53,475 bases of DNA from Candidatus Micrarchaeia archaeon (GTDB lineage: Archaea > Micrarchaeota > Micrarchaeia > Anstonellales > J096). Where the stretch lies: the NCBI GenBank assembly GCA_041500865.1, contig JBGQMY010000006.1:1-53475 (forward strand). Direction: 5' to 3'. The notes below the pieces were generated by a model. The model did not search any database and was not told the DNA's origin. It worked only from the letters and a program-made list of their open reading frames with translations. Positions 35,063-44,643 of the stretch are shown here, in pieces. Positions within the stretch are counted from its first letter, which is position 1; every line of letters starts with the position of its first letter. Position numbers and translations under genes: made by a program.

Positions 35063-37753
35063 ATGCAAAAAACCAAAAGAGGGAACATCATGCAAATGAG
35101 AAATGCAATCCTATTGCTGGTTTTGGCTGTTTTCATCAGCGGCTGTGTCCAGCAGCCGTCCAAGCCGCCAACACCCGGGGCGCCAAACTATACGCCAACC
35201 GGAAATGGATGGGCAAAGGTATTTGACGGGCTTCATGTGTCTGCGGCACAGCCAACCTCTGACGGCGGATTTATCGTTCTTGGTACTACGGCTAATGGCG
35301 GCATGAAAAGCATATATGGGTTAGCATATTCCTATGGATATCTGCTCAAGACAGACTCAAACGGAAGCAAGATGTGGAACAGGACATTCAGGACTGAAGG
35401 AATATGGTCAGTCAAACAAACATCAGACAACGGATACATGCTTGCTGGCAGCATAAACAAACGCCAGAATGACGGAAGCTATTTGGAGGCGGGCAACATC
35501 AGCGACATGTGCGATTACCAAAGCAGGATTGAAAGCGACGTCTACCTGGAAAAGCTGGATGCGGCAGGAAACATATTGTGGAACAGGACACTTGATGTGG
35601 CGCCTGGCAAATGCGATGTTGCCACTTCAATGCAGCAGAATCCTGATGGTGGTTATACAGTTTTTGGGGATATAAGGGGCTGCCCAGGCTCAGGGAATGC
35701 AACATTCTTTCTCAAGACAGACGCTGGCGGAAACAAAGTATCGGAAAAAACAATTGAGTTTGAAGGGCACTTTGATTATCCGCCAGCCTTGGTCCAAAAG
35801 ACTTCGGACGGAGGATACCTAATAGACGCTGGCATAGGGGGTATCAATCTAACGGCAGGGCGCCATCTGTTCAAGATTGATGCGAACGGAACCAAGCTCT
35901 GGGACAGGCCGATTGAAGAAGGAACCCTTATCATCCTGCCATCCCACGGATTCATGGTAATCCAAGGCGATTTTGTCCTGAGATTTGATGAAAACGGAAA
36001 CCAGCTGGAAAAGGACGAGCTGAAGCCTGAAATCAGCCTTTGCTATGGCCAGCCGCACTCGGCGCTGCTGCTCCCTGACGGGGGGTATGTCATTGCCAAG
36101 GAGGGCGCCTGCCTCATAAAAGTGGATGCAAACGGAAACACGGCATGGGAAAGGCAATTGGTGACTGGCGAGGATTTTGATGTGCTTGAGCCTTTGGTCT
36201 TTCAAACATCTGACAATGGATTTGTAGTCATCGGGAACGCGGCATATGGCTGGCACCAGGTCGGCGGCGGCTATGCTGCAGGAAAGCTTGGCGAAGGCGA
36301 GACGAGCATCGTCATGGTAAAGACGGATGAAAGCGGGAGTTTTCACCAGGCGATAGCCCCAAAATACCCAACACAATCCCACATCCATGCTTCTGAAAAA
36401 ATACCAGCATCCGCAGAAACAGCAGGGCCGGGATGGAACAAAACGTTTGGAGGAGATCTAAACAGCAGGGCAAATGCCATCCAGCAGACTACAGATGGGG
36501 GATACATCGTTGCTGGGTATAAAGGCTATGGCATGACATATCCATCTGGCCTGAATGGCACAATAATCCTGGAAAAGGCGGCCGCCTATCTGCTGAAAAT
36601 CGATTCAAACGGAAGCAAGGCCTGGGAAAAATCATTCGGAGGGATAGACATGTCTGCCTGCTCTGGCTATGACAATATTATATGCAGCCTGAACCAGAAC
36701 AATACATCTGGATGGCTTGGTGAAACCGTAGGGCGCTCTGTGCAGCAGACTTCAGACGGCGGATATATAATTGTGGGAGCGTACCATTCCAGCAAACTGC
36801 ACAATAGGACGTCTTCTTCTGACCATGAATTCTTTGGATATGACAAGGGAGACGAGGTCTATCTTGTAAAGACCGATGCCAGCGGCAACATGCAGTGGAA
36901 CAAAACGTTCGGGGAATATTGGCAGGAGATAGGCAATTCAGTCAGGCAGACTTCAGACGGCGGGTATTTTATTGTCGGGACTACGGATTCCTTCGGCACA
37001 AGCCCCTGCAGCGCAGAGGAGCTTGGGCAATCGGCCCCTGAAGACGTTTATCTGATAAAAACAGATGCAAACGGAAATGAAGTCTGGAAAAAGACATTTG
37101 GAGGGGCCTATAATGATATGGCATTCTCAGGCCAGCAGACCTCCGACGGGGGATACATCGTGGCAGGCCTGACAGCCTCATTGAGCGGAAATGGCGTGGA
37201 GGACGTGTACCTGCTGAAAATTGACGCCAACGGAAATAAAATGTGGGAAAAGGCATTTGGAGACAGAGACAGAAGCGAGGCAGGATATTCAGTCCAGCAG
37301 ACCTCCGACGGGGGATACATAATTGCCGGACAGACGGTTTGGGCGGTTATGGGGCAATGGTTTATACAGTCAGACGTTTATCTGGTAAAAACAGATGCCA
37401 ATGGGAACGAGATTTGGGAAAAGGAGTTTGGGGGAAACTCGAGCGACTTTGGATACTCTGTTTCGCAGACATCAGACGGGGGGTATGTCATTGCCGGATT
37501 TACAGGTTCCTTTGAGGACTTGGGCGCAACCTATCTCATTAAGACAGACGCAAACGGGGATGAAGTCTGGGAAAAGACCTTTGAAGGCATAAGCGGAATA
37601 TCCGGGACGATTTCAGCGCAGCAGACCTCCGACGGAGGGTATATCATAAGCGCCGGGAACATCCAGACCCATGCCATATCATCTGATGTTTTGCCATATG
37701 GAACCGGAGACGATGCCTATATCATAAAGACTGATGAGAACGGGAATGTTTGA
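35063..37753 (+). CDS. Lipoprotein with two QTSDGGY beta-propeller domains
   Basis: Lipobox FISGC; about 14 blade repeats in two blocks with a Pro/Ala/His linker. Confidence 0.85.
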   Translation: MQKTKRGNIMQMRNAILLLVLAVFISGCVQQPSKPPTPGAPNYTPTGNGWAKVFDGLHVSAAQPTSDGGFIVLGTTANGGMKSIYGLAYSYGYLLKTDSNGSKMWNRTFRTEGIWSVKQTSDNGYMLAGSINKRQNDGSYLEAGNISDMCDYQSRIESDVYLEKLDAAGNILWNRTLDVAPGKCDVATSMQQNPDGGYTVFGDIRGCPGSGNATFFLKTDAGGNKVSEKTIEFEGHFDYPPALVQKTSDGGYLIDAGIGGINLTAGRHLFKIDANGTKLWDRPIEEGTLIILPSHGFMVIQGDFVLRFDENGNQLEKDELKPEISLCYGQPHSALLLPDGGYVIAKEGACLIKVDANGNTAWERQLVTGEDFDVLEPLVFQTSDNGFVVIGNAAYGWHQVGGGYAAGKLGEGETSIVMVKTDESGSFHQAIAPKYPTQSHIHASEKIPASAETAGPGWNKTFGGDLNSRANAIQQTTDGGYIVAGYKGYGMTYPSGLNGTIILEKAAAYLLKIDSNGSKAWEKSFGGIDMSACSGYDNIICSLNQNNTSGWLGETVGRSVQQTSDGGYIIVGAYHSSKLHNRTSSSDHEFFGYDKGDEVYLVKTDASGNMQWNKTFGEYWQEIGNSVRQTSDGGYFIVGTTDSFGTSPCSAEELGQSAPEDVYLIKTDANGNEVWKKTFGGAYNDMAFSGQQTSDGGYIVAGLTASLSGNGVEDVYLLKIDANGNKMWEKAFGDRDRSEAGYSVQQTSDGGYIIAGQTVWAVMGQWFIQSDVYLVKTDANGNEIWEKEFGGNSSDFGYSVSQTSDGGYVIAGFTGSFEDLGATYLIKTDANGDEVWEKTFEGISGISGTISAQQTSDGGYIISAGNIQTHAISSDVLPYGTGDDAYIIKTDENGNV

Positions 37754-37783
37754 AATTTTTTAAGGTTTTTGGGCATTAAGGAA

Positions 37784-38410
37784 TCATTCATTGAGAGCCT
37801 TCCACAAAAACTCTCCCTTCTTCTCCCCGACCGTTTCCTGGATGTCCGCCTTTGATGCGTTCGCGAGCCCGGCGACGCTCTTGAACCTTGCAACGAGCTT
37901 CTCGGCCGCCTTGGGCCCAATGCCGTAAACCGCCTCAATCATCGCCGTTTTTGACCTTTCGCTGTCCTTCTGCTTCTTCTCCTTGAACTCTTTCACGTAC
38001 CTGTTGCGCGTGACCTGCTCGTGCCTTGCAAGCGCGAAAACGAGCTCTGCCGTGCGCTTCATGTCCTTGGAGAATATGACGGATGCGCCGCAGTCCGAAA
38101 TCAGGTACGACATCGCGCCCAGTATCGCCCTCTCGTCCAGCCTGTCAAAAGGTGCGCTGCCCTCAATTATTATGACGGGCCTTTCGCAGCTCTTGTTCAT
38201 TTTCTCCACTTGGGAAAAAAGCCTGCCGTCAATGATGGACTGCTCGAAGTCCGGCCTTGCCTTCCTTTCTATGGCGACGCGTTCCGACGCTATGAAGTCG
38301 CCCACTGAAAGCTGCCTCACTATGACGCGCGCTCCGAGCCTGTTTATCATGTCCAGCAGCTCCGGAGGCTCCCTGTGGTCCGCCAGGACGGTTACGATTT
38401 CGTCCTTCAT
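37784..38410 (-). CDS. xpf: XPF/ERCC4 structure-specific endonuclease (nuclease plus HhH)
   Basis: ADHRE, VGDF, IERK, SIIDGRLFSQ, IIEG, GIGPK HhH. Confidence 0.92.
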   Translation of the reverse strand: MKDEIVTVLADHREPPELLDMINRLGARVIVRQLSVGDFIASERVAIERKARPDFEQSIIDGRLFSQVEKMNKSCERPVIIIEGSAPFDRLDERAILGAMSYLISDCGASVIFSKDMKRTAELVFALARHEQVTRNRYVKEFKEKKQKDSERSKTAMIEAVYGIGPKAAEKLVARFKSVAGLANASKADIQETVGEKKGEFLWKALNE

Positions 38411-39090
38411 TTTGCCTCTCCCAGTATCTCGTCTATCTCGTCAAAGCCTATGGAGCACCCGCCGTACTTGAGCGAGTAGAGCGATGACTCGAGCATCTTC
38501 TTCGGGTTGGAATACGTGGAAAAATAGCCCTCGCTGTAAGCCACTGCGACAAGCTCGGAGCTCCTTATGACCTTCAGGCCTTCGGCGCTCTCCTTGAAGC
38601 CGTCAAAGTTCCTTTTGTTTACCATCACGTTGACGCCCATCTCCTTTTCCATGTGGTCCTTGAGCGCGAAGGGCGACTCGATGAGCATCCTTGTGGTTCT
38701 TTCATCCATCAGCACGATATCCGCATCAGTCTCGGACGCAAGCGCTATCATGTCCGCCTCCCCCAGGTCAACCAAGTGCACCGGATTCGCCCTTGCGTAG
38801 AACATCGTGTTTGCAAGGTCCATTATGCTTTTCGCCTTGTCCAGCGTGTCGTACATGGATATGTTAAGTATCCTGTCCTCAATCGCCTTTTTCATCCTCA
38901 TCGCAGACAGCTCGTAGGCTTTCATGGATATGGCAAGCGGCCTTTCCACAATCTCCCTTTCAACAGCCTGCGGCACCACGAACTCCGCGTTGCGGCTCTT
39001 TGTGAAGAAGTACATGATGTCTATCAAACAGGAGTTTGTCATGGATATCAATGCGGAGGAATCGCACAGCACGACCTTTTTTGCTGCCAT
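38407..39090 (-). CDS. PIN-domain-like protein
   Basis: VLCDSSALIS, VERE, LGEADMIALA, LMDERTTR acidic PIN pattern. Confidence 0.7.
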   Translation of the reverse strand: MAAKKVVLCDSSALISMTNSCLIDIMYFFTKSRNAEFVVPQAVEREIVERPLAISMKAYELSAMRMKKAIEDRILNISMYDTLDKAKSIMDLANTMFYARANPVHLVDLGEADMIALASETDADIVLMDERTTRMLIESPFALKDHMEKEMGVNVMVNKRNFDGFKESAEGLKVIRSSELVAVAYSEGYFSTYSNPKKMLESSLYSLKYGGCSIGFDEIDEILGEAK

Positions 39091-39091
39091 G

Positions 39092-39658
39092 TCATTCGCC
39101 CCTTAGCGCGCCCTTGGCGGTCTTTATCCTTTCAGAGGCCGTTATCTCGCCCTTCACCCTGTCAAACATCATGGTTTTTCCGGCGTACGCCATTATCTCC
39201 TGCTGCGGTATGCCCAGCGCCTTGCTCACCACGCCCAGGGAAACGCCCTTGGCATACAGCTTGGCAGCTATCTTTATCTTCGCCTTCGTCAGCAGGTCTA
39301 TCACGTAGCGCTTGTCAGTCGCCTCTATCTCCAGCGCAAGGCCATTGAGCTCCCTTATGCTTTGCAGGACGTCCTGGTTGCTTCCCTTCCTGCATATCTC
39401 ATCGAGCCTGTCCCCGACCTCGTCCTTGTCCTCTTCCTCAAACCTGCGCTTTGTCAGCAGCTTGTAGAGAAGGTAGGAAATGATGGCCAATTCAACCCCG
39501 TCCTGGGAGAATTCCTGCATAAGCTCGTTGGTTATCCTCTCGCTTATGTCCTTGAGGTCCACAATCCGTCTCTTTTTGTAGGCGATGTTCATGTCGCAAA
39601 GGTACTTTAAGTCGTCCATAAGGGGATTTCCGTCAAGGCTTTTAAATAGTTTAGCCAT
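39092..39658 (-). CDS. Hypothetical protein with possible C-terminal HTH
   Basis: Helical; LYAKGVSLGVVSKALGIPQQEIM resembles an HTH; coupled to the PIN and XPF genes. Confidence 0.7.
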   Translation of the reverse strand: MAKLFKSLDGNPLMDDLKYLCDMNIAYKKRRIVDLKDISERITNELMQEFSQDGVELAIISYLLYKLLTKRRFEEEDKDEVGDRLDEICRKGSNQDVLQSIRELNGLALEIEATDKRYVIDLLTKAKIKIAAKLYAKGVSLGVVSKALGIPQQEIMAYAGKTMMFDRVKGEITASERIKTAKGALRGE

Positions 39659-39669
39659 AATCCCGTTTC

Positions 39670-40290
39670 ATGGTCAAGCTGGTAGCCTTCGACCTCTGGA
39701 AGACGCTTGCAGAGAAGCCGTTCATATCAGAGAAAATCCGTGAGGAATTCTGCCCGCAAAGCAGCCTGCGCCCCGCATATTTCATAAAGCTGTTCGAGGA
39801 AGCCACGCATACCGTGCGCTGGGGCAGCAGGGAGGCGATGGCCGAGAGCACGCTGAAAAAGCTTGGCGCGGTGCCGAGCGAGAGAAACGCGGCAAGGTTC
39901 ATAGACATAATGGAGGAAGCTGAGGGTGGCTTTTCGGTCTATCCACACGTTATACCGATGCTAAGGGCCCTCAAGGTCCATGGCTACGTGACAGGCATCG
40001 TCTCCAACACCAACATCTTTTCGGTTGAGCGTATCAGGGAGAAATCCGATATCCTGAGGCATATAGACTTCCCTGTATTTTCATTTGAGGTCGGCGCAAT
40101 AAAGCCGGACAAGGCAATTTTCAAGGAGCTGCTGGAAAGGTCGGGCTGCGAGCCATGGGACGCCGTCATGGTCGGCGACAGCGAGGATGACGACGTAATC
40201 CCGGCAAGGGAGCTGGGAATGAAAGCCGTCCTTTACGGAAGCTACGGCCAGCTGAAGGGCGATTTCGAGAAGCTGGGCATACACGTCTGA
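39670..40290 (+). CDS. HAD-superfamily hydrolase
   Basis: FDLWKTL, VSN, KPD, VGDS..DD motifs. Confidence 0.88.
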   Translation: MVKLVAFDLWKTLAEKPFISEKIREEFCPQSSLRPAYFIKLFEEATHTVRWGSREAMAESTLKKLGAVPSERNAARFIDIMEEAEGGFSVYPHVIPMLRALKVHGYVTGIVSNTNIFSVERIREKSDILRHIDFPVFSFEVGAIKPDKAIFKELLERSGCEPWDAVMVGDSEDDDVIPARELGMKAVLYGSYGQLKGDFEKLGIHV

Positions 40291-40345
40291 TTTAGGGCAT
40301 GCCTACATTTTTAAACCTCCAATCACATATCTAAGCGGTGGTAAC

Positions 40346-41776
40346 ATGCCTTATGGCGGATACAGCTATCTTGAGCCGGACTACAAGCCAGGGAAAGACG
40401 ATTTCGTCGTTTTGCTTTGGGTCAAAGGGGAATCAAACATCGAGCACCTTGCCGAGGGCATTGCGGCAGAAAGCTCCGTAGGGACGTTTACAAAGATAAG
40501 GACGATGAACGAGCGCGTGTTCAAGCACTACCGTGCGCACGTTTTTGAGATAATCCGCTCGTCTGACAATTCCGGGTTCGTAAAAATCGCGTATCCGCTC
40601 GAGCATTTTGACCAGAAAAACGTGATACAGTTCTGCGCAAGCGTGCTTGGCAACATCTTCGGGCTTCTGGAGATAGACGAGCTTTACATAATGGACATCT
40701 CGTTCCCTGAGAGATACCAAAAGCAGTTCAAGGGGCCCATAGGCCTTGAGGCAATACGAAAATACGTGGGAACGTCAAAGTCCAGGAGGCCGCACTGCGG
40801 CACAATCGTGAAGCCAAAAGTAGGGCTTACGCCAAAGGAATTCGCCGACATCGCATACAAGGTGCTGTCCAACGGCCTTGACCTTGTCAAGGACGACGAG
40901 AACCTTGTCGACCAGGGATTCTGCAGGTGGAAGGACAGGGCGGACTTGGTGAACAAGGCAATGGACAGGGCGGAAAAGGAAACGGGCGAAAAGAAGCTCT
41001 ATTGCTGCAACGTCTCAGACTCGTCCATTGAGCGCATGGAGGAGCGGCTGGACTACCTGCACAGCCACGGCCTCAAGCTCGTGATGCTGGACGTCTTCAT
41101 GCTCGGCTGGCCTGCGACGATGCACATGGTTGAGCTTGCGCACAAGTACGGCATGTTCACGCATGCGCACAGGGCAGGGTTCGCTGCATTGCACAGGGGC
41201 AATTACGGATACAACTTCGGCATCCTTGAAAAGTTCTACAGGATGATAGGCCTTGACCAGGTCCATGTCGGAACCGGCGTCGGCAAGATGGACGGCGCGC
41301 CGCACAGCATAAGGCGGTTCGCCAGGATTGCGCAAAACTCCAACATAAAGGCGAGCATAGCTGAGGCAGGCTTGGACAATTCGAGATTCATACCTTCCAT
41401 AAAGCCGTTCATGCCAGTGGCGTCAGGGGGCCTGCATGCCGGGCTTACCGAAGGCCTTTATGAGATTTTCGGCAACGACTTCACGATGCAGGCCGGCGGC
41501 GGGGTGCACGGCCATCCGAAGGGCTCGGAGGCAGGGGCAAGGGCATTGAGGGCCGCCTCTGACGCAATCGGCGAGGGCGTCACGCTTGAGGAAAAGGCAA
41601 AAACGTCAAAAGACCTTGCAGAGGAGCTGAAGGTTTTCGGATACGTGAAGGGCTACAAGGTCAGGGCCATGCTGAACGTGTTTGACGAGAACAGGGCGCT
41701 GTTCGACGCAACGGTCAAAAGGCAGGGCCTTGCCGCCTTGAGGCTTTTCGACAGGTCGTTTGACGCGAGGGCGTAA
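40346..41776 (+). CDS. rbcL: Form III RuBisCO large subunit
   Basis: AAESSVGT, GNIFG, KPKVGL, DLVKDDENL, HAHRAG, HVGTGVGKM, SGGLH, QAGGGVHGHP; the recognisable catalytic residues are present. Confidence 0.93.
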   Translation: MPYGGYSYLEPDYKPGKDDFVVLLWVKGESNIEHLAEGIAAESSVGTFTKIRTMNERVFKHYRAHVFEIIRSSDNSGFVKIAYPLEHFDQKNVIQFCASVLGNIFGLLEIDELYIMDISFPERYQKQFKGPIGLEAIRKYVGTSKSRRPHCGTIVKPKVGLTPKEFADIAYKVLSNGLDLVKDDENLVDQGFCRWKDRADLVNKAMDRAEKETGEKKLYCCNVSDSSIERMEERLDYLHSHGLKLVMLDVFMLGWPATMHMVELAHKYGMFTHAHRAGFAALHRGNYGYNFGILEKFYRMIGLDQVHVGTGVGKMDGAPHSIRRFARIAQNSNIKASIAEAGLDNSRFIPSIKPFMPVASGGLHAGLTEGLYEIFGNDFTMQAGGGVHGHPKGSEAGARALRAASDAIGEGVTLEEKAKTSKDLAEELKVFGYVKGYKVRAMLNVFDENRALFDATVKRQGLAALRLFDRSFDARA

Positions 41777-41777
41777 C

Positions 41778-42479
41778 ATGGAACCAGGCCAGGAGCAGGA
41801 TGCGGCAAGGAAAATGATTGTGAAGAAGGCAATCATCATAGTGCCAGCCGCAGTCATTCTCACCGGGCTCGCCCTTTTTGTCCCTGCCGGGACGTTGGAC
41901 TACTGGCAGGCTTGGGCATTCATGGCGGTCCTGTTCATCCCGTTCATCTTCGTTGCAACATATTTCCTGGGCAAGGACCCGAAATTCCTCGAAAGGAGGC
42001 TGAGGACAAAAGAGAATGTGGCCGGCCAAAAGAAACTGATACGGGCTACACAGCTGTTGTTTGTCATAGCCCTGCTTGTGCCTGGCCTTGACCATAGGTT
42101 CGGGTGGTCCCAGGTTCCTAGCTGGCTGGCCATAACTGCCGACCTGCTGGTGTTCCTCGGATACATGCTTATTTTCCTTGTATTCAAGGAAAATAGCTAT
42201 GCATCAAGGATAGTCGAGGTGGAAAAGGGGCAGAAGGTGATATCCACAGGCCCCTATGCGATAGTCAGGCATCCCATGTATTCCGGGACGGCCCTGATGT
42301 ACCTTTCCATGCCAGTTGCCCTTGGCTCATATTGGGCAATCGCCCTTTTCGCGCCCATAATACTGTTCATTATGGTGTTCAGGATAGCTGATGAGGAAAG
42401 GCTGCTCCTGAAGGAACTCCCAGGATACAGGGGATACATCGAAAAGGTCAGGTACAGGCTCATCCCCGGCGTATGGTAG
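41778..42479 (+). CDS. Isoprenylcysteine carboxylmethyltransferase / PEMT family membrane protein
   Basis: ENSYAS..VEV...VISTGPYAIVRHPMY, EE..L...LPGY..Y...VRYRLIPGVW. Confidence 0.9.
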   Translation: MEPGQEQDAARKMIVKKAIIIVPAAVILTGLALFVPAGTLDYWQAWAFMAVLFIPFIFVATYFLGKDPKFLERRLRTKENVAGQKKLIRATQLLFVIALLVPGLDHRFGWSQVPSWLAITADLLVFLGYMLIFLVFKENSYASRIVEVEKGQKVISTGPYAIVRHPMYSGTALMYLSMPVALGSYWAIALFAPIILFIMVFRIADEERLLLKELPGYRGYIEKVRYRLIPGVW

Positions 42480-42481
42480 CC

Positions 42482-42964
42482 TCAGACCTTCGCAAGTATG
42501 ACAGTATAGTTTTGGCCATAGGCCTTTGCGCATTTTGGGCACATGGTGTAATAGAAATACATCTTCTCTGTCTTCTTGCCCCTTGACGCGGCATAGCCGT
42601 CCATCTCCCTTATCCACCTGCCCATGTTCTGGTACGGGCCCTCAAAAACCTCGCTCAGGAACGTCCCGGAGACGCTTTCCATCTTCGCGCCAGGCACGTC
42701 CTTGGTGACGGCAATGTAGGCATCAGAGCCGAAAAGGGAGTTCTCATCCGAAAGCATGAGCTGGCCCCCAAGGGCATTGGCAGCCTTTATCTTTTTCATG
42801 TTTTTGACGACTACCTGGCCGAAGTTCAGCGGAATGTGGAAAACGCTTATGACATGGTCTTTGACGAACAGCTTGTTTTTCCATGTTATCTCCTTTCCGC
42901 CCCATGGCTTCGGGTCAAACCTTTCGCAGCACCCGGTTTCAGATTTTTCATATAGTTTGTCCAT
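42482..42964 (-). CDS. Hypothetical protein (GyrI-like fold)
   Basis: TGCCERFDPKPW, FEGPY, YYTMCPKCAKAYGQNY. Confidence 0.75.
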   Translation of the reverse strand: MDKLYEKSETGCCERFDPKPWGGKEITWKNKLFVKDHVISVFHIPLNFGQVVVKNMKKIKAANALGGQLMLSDENSLFGSDAYIAVTKDVPGAKMESVSGTFLSEVFEGPYQNMGRWIREMDGYAASRGKKTEKMYFYYTMCPKCAKAYGQNYTVILAKV

Positions 42965-43064
42965 GATGAGAATATTCCGGATTGCGCTTAAAACATTGCC
43001 ATGCTGCGTTACAGGCAAGCTTGAAAGATAGCATTGATTCGGTTTGCATCGCTGCCCGGATAGG

Positions 43065-43100
43065 GTTTATGAAAGAAAAAAAAGAATTTCCTATCCCGTT
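43065..43100 (-). terminator. Oligo-T terminator-like tract after the pilin gene
   Basis: Minus strand TTCTTTTTTTTCTTTC flanked by a GGATAGG/CCTATCC inverted repeat. Confidence 0.5.
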
Positions 43101-43121
43101 GCATCTCCCGGTTCAGGAATT

Positions 43122-43598
43122 CTATACGACCTTTGCAGTCAGGGTTCCGCTGCTCACGTACGGGAAGCCGGCGCTCACGTCTGTGTATGCTATGTTTACC
43201 TTAGCCGTGTAGCCGCTGTTGCTTTTTTGCGCGCCAAAAGCCCCTGTTGCGCTTGTGAGAACCCCTGAATTTTCGCCCACCGCGATGTTGCCGCTTGAAA
43301 CAGGGACGCTGACGGTCGTGCTGCCGATTGTGACGTTAATGCTGTTCAAGCTTATGGGGTTGCCGACGTTGTTCACCACTTTTATCGTAAAAGTACCTGC
43401 CGAATCCATGCTCCATCCGGTTACACCGACACCGGCAAAGCCTGCTGCCTTGTTGCCTATGAAGTTGCTCGGGTCGAATATGCCCATGGCAAACATCGCT
43501 ACCGCAATGATGACAACCAGGACTATCGCCCAGCCATAAGTCATCATGAAGTCGAGAGCCGCTTGGCCCTTTTTGCTGTTTTCAATCTTCATCGTCAT
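43122..43598 (-). CDS. Archaeal type IV pilin (class III signal peptide), probable major pilin
   Basis: KKG/QAALDFMMTYGWAIVLVVII cleavage motif; GGTGA SD, own TTTATAAA promoter and terminator. Confidence 0.9.
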   Translation of the reverse strand: MTMKIENSKKGQAALDFMMTYGWAIVLVVIIAVAMFAMGIFDPSNFIGNKAAGFAGVGVTGWSMDSAGTFTIKVVNNVGNPISLNSINVTIGSTTVSVPVSSGNIAVGENSGVLTSATGAFGAQKSNSGYTAKVNIAYTDVSAGFPYVSSGTLTAKVV

Positions 43599-43830
43599 TT
43601 TAAGTCACCATTTTTTTCTTTAAGAGACAAAGCTTTATAAACTATCGGAACTTCTAGCATTTTATTCGCTCATTTAACACAAAATTCCGGATTTGTTTTC
43701 TGCTGCCCCAAATCTGATTTTTAGCGAAAAAAAGATGGGCGCAAGCGGCCATCAGCTTGGTCTCGCGGAATTGCGCAGCAAAACGCCAAGCAATGGTTTT
43801 TTTAAACCTTGCCTGGAACCAAACATCCAT

Positions 43831-44643
43831 ATGCAAAAGAATCCAACTGAACGGACATCCATCGGGCTCCCCAACCTTGACAAGCTCCTGGAAGGCGGGC
43901 TTCCAAAAGGGACCATAAACCTCGTTTCAGGGGCCTGCGGAACCGGAAAAACGATTATGGCGCTGCATTTCATCTACTATGGCGCGAAATACCTCAACGA
44001 GCCGGGCGTCTATATCACCTTGGAAGAGGACCCGGAAGAGCTGATAAACAACATGCGCCTTTTCGGCTGGGATATCGACGAATTGATAACCAAAAAGAAA
44101 ATCGCCATAATAAGGCCGGTAATCTATAAGTTTGATTCGCTGAAGCAAATCATAAGCGACGCCATCGGGAGGGTTGCAGCCAAGCGGATTGTCGTTGATT
44201 CCTATTCGGTCCTGCTCGGATATTTTTCAGACCTGTACAAGCTCAGGAACGGGCTTGTGCACCTTGACCAGGAAATCAAGAAGATGGGGTGCACCGCGCT
44301 CATCATTTCTGACATCAATGACGGCTCTGACATACTTTCGGCAAGCGGGCTGGAGGAGTATATCGTTGACGGGGTCGTGGTCCTTTACCTGATGAAAAAG
44401 CCCATTTACCCGTACGAGGCTTTCCGTGCGCTTTCAATAAGGAAAATGCGCTCCACGCACCATCCCCTGGACCTCTATCCCTTTGAGATAACCGACCAGG
44501 GCATAAGGTTTGACGGCAAGAGCTTGGAGGACATGCAAAACCCAGGCCGCAACGTAAGGCGGAAGGCCGAAAGGGGCAAGTGCTTAGGGGGCCTGCAAAA
44601 CCCAGGCCGCAACGTAAGGCAAAGGGCTGAGAAAGGTGGATAA
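43831..44643 (+). CDS. KaiC/RAD55-family ATPase (single domain)
   Basis: GLPNLDKLLEGG, GACGTGKT, ITLEE, VVDS, RKMRSTHH; start after a TTTTTAAA box. Confidence 0.9.
   Translation: MQKNPTERTSIGLPNLDKLLEGGLPKGTINLVSGACGTGKTIMALHFIYYGAKYLNEPGVYITLEEDPEELINNMRLFGWDIDELITKKKIAIIRPVIYKFDSLKQIISDAIGRVAAKRIVVDSYSVLLGYFSDLYKLRNGLVHLDQEIKKMGCTALIISDINDGSDILSASGLEEYIVDGVVVLYLMKKPIYPYEAFRALSIRKMRSTHHPLDLYPFEITDQGIRFDGKSLEDMQNPGRNVRRKAERGKCLGGLQNPGRNVRQRAEKGG
44534..44620 (+). repeat. 27-bp direct repeat at 60-bp spacing in the KaiC 3' end
   Basis: TGCAAAACCCAGGCCGCAACGTAAGGC at 44534 and 44594, encoding QNPGRNVR twice. Confidence 0.9.

Noticed and set aside
33537..37753. Diversity-generating retroelement TR/VR pair
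   Set aside because: The repeats are propeller blades with differences at all bases, and no reverse transcriptase is present in the window.
40346..41776. RuBisCO-like protein (form IV) of methionine salvage
   Set aside because: The KDDE motif, HxHRA, loop-6 GKM and SGG are all present, as in true carboxylases.
44534..44620. Possible CRISPR mini-array (27-bp repeat with 33-bp spacer)
   Set aside because: Only two copies, non-palindromic, in frame within a CDS, and the sequence after copy 2 resembles the spacer, which indicates tandem duplication.
43831..44643. Circadian clock KaiC
   Set aside because: Single ATPase domain, no KaiA or KaiB, and a pilus-locus context.
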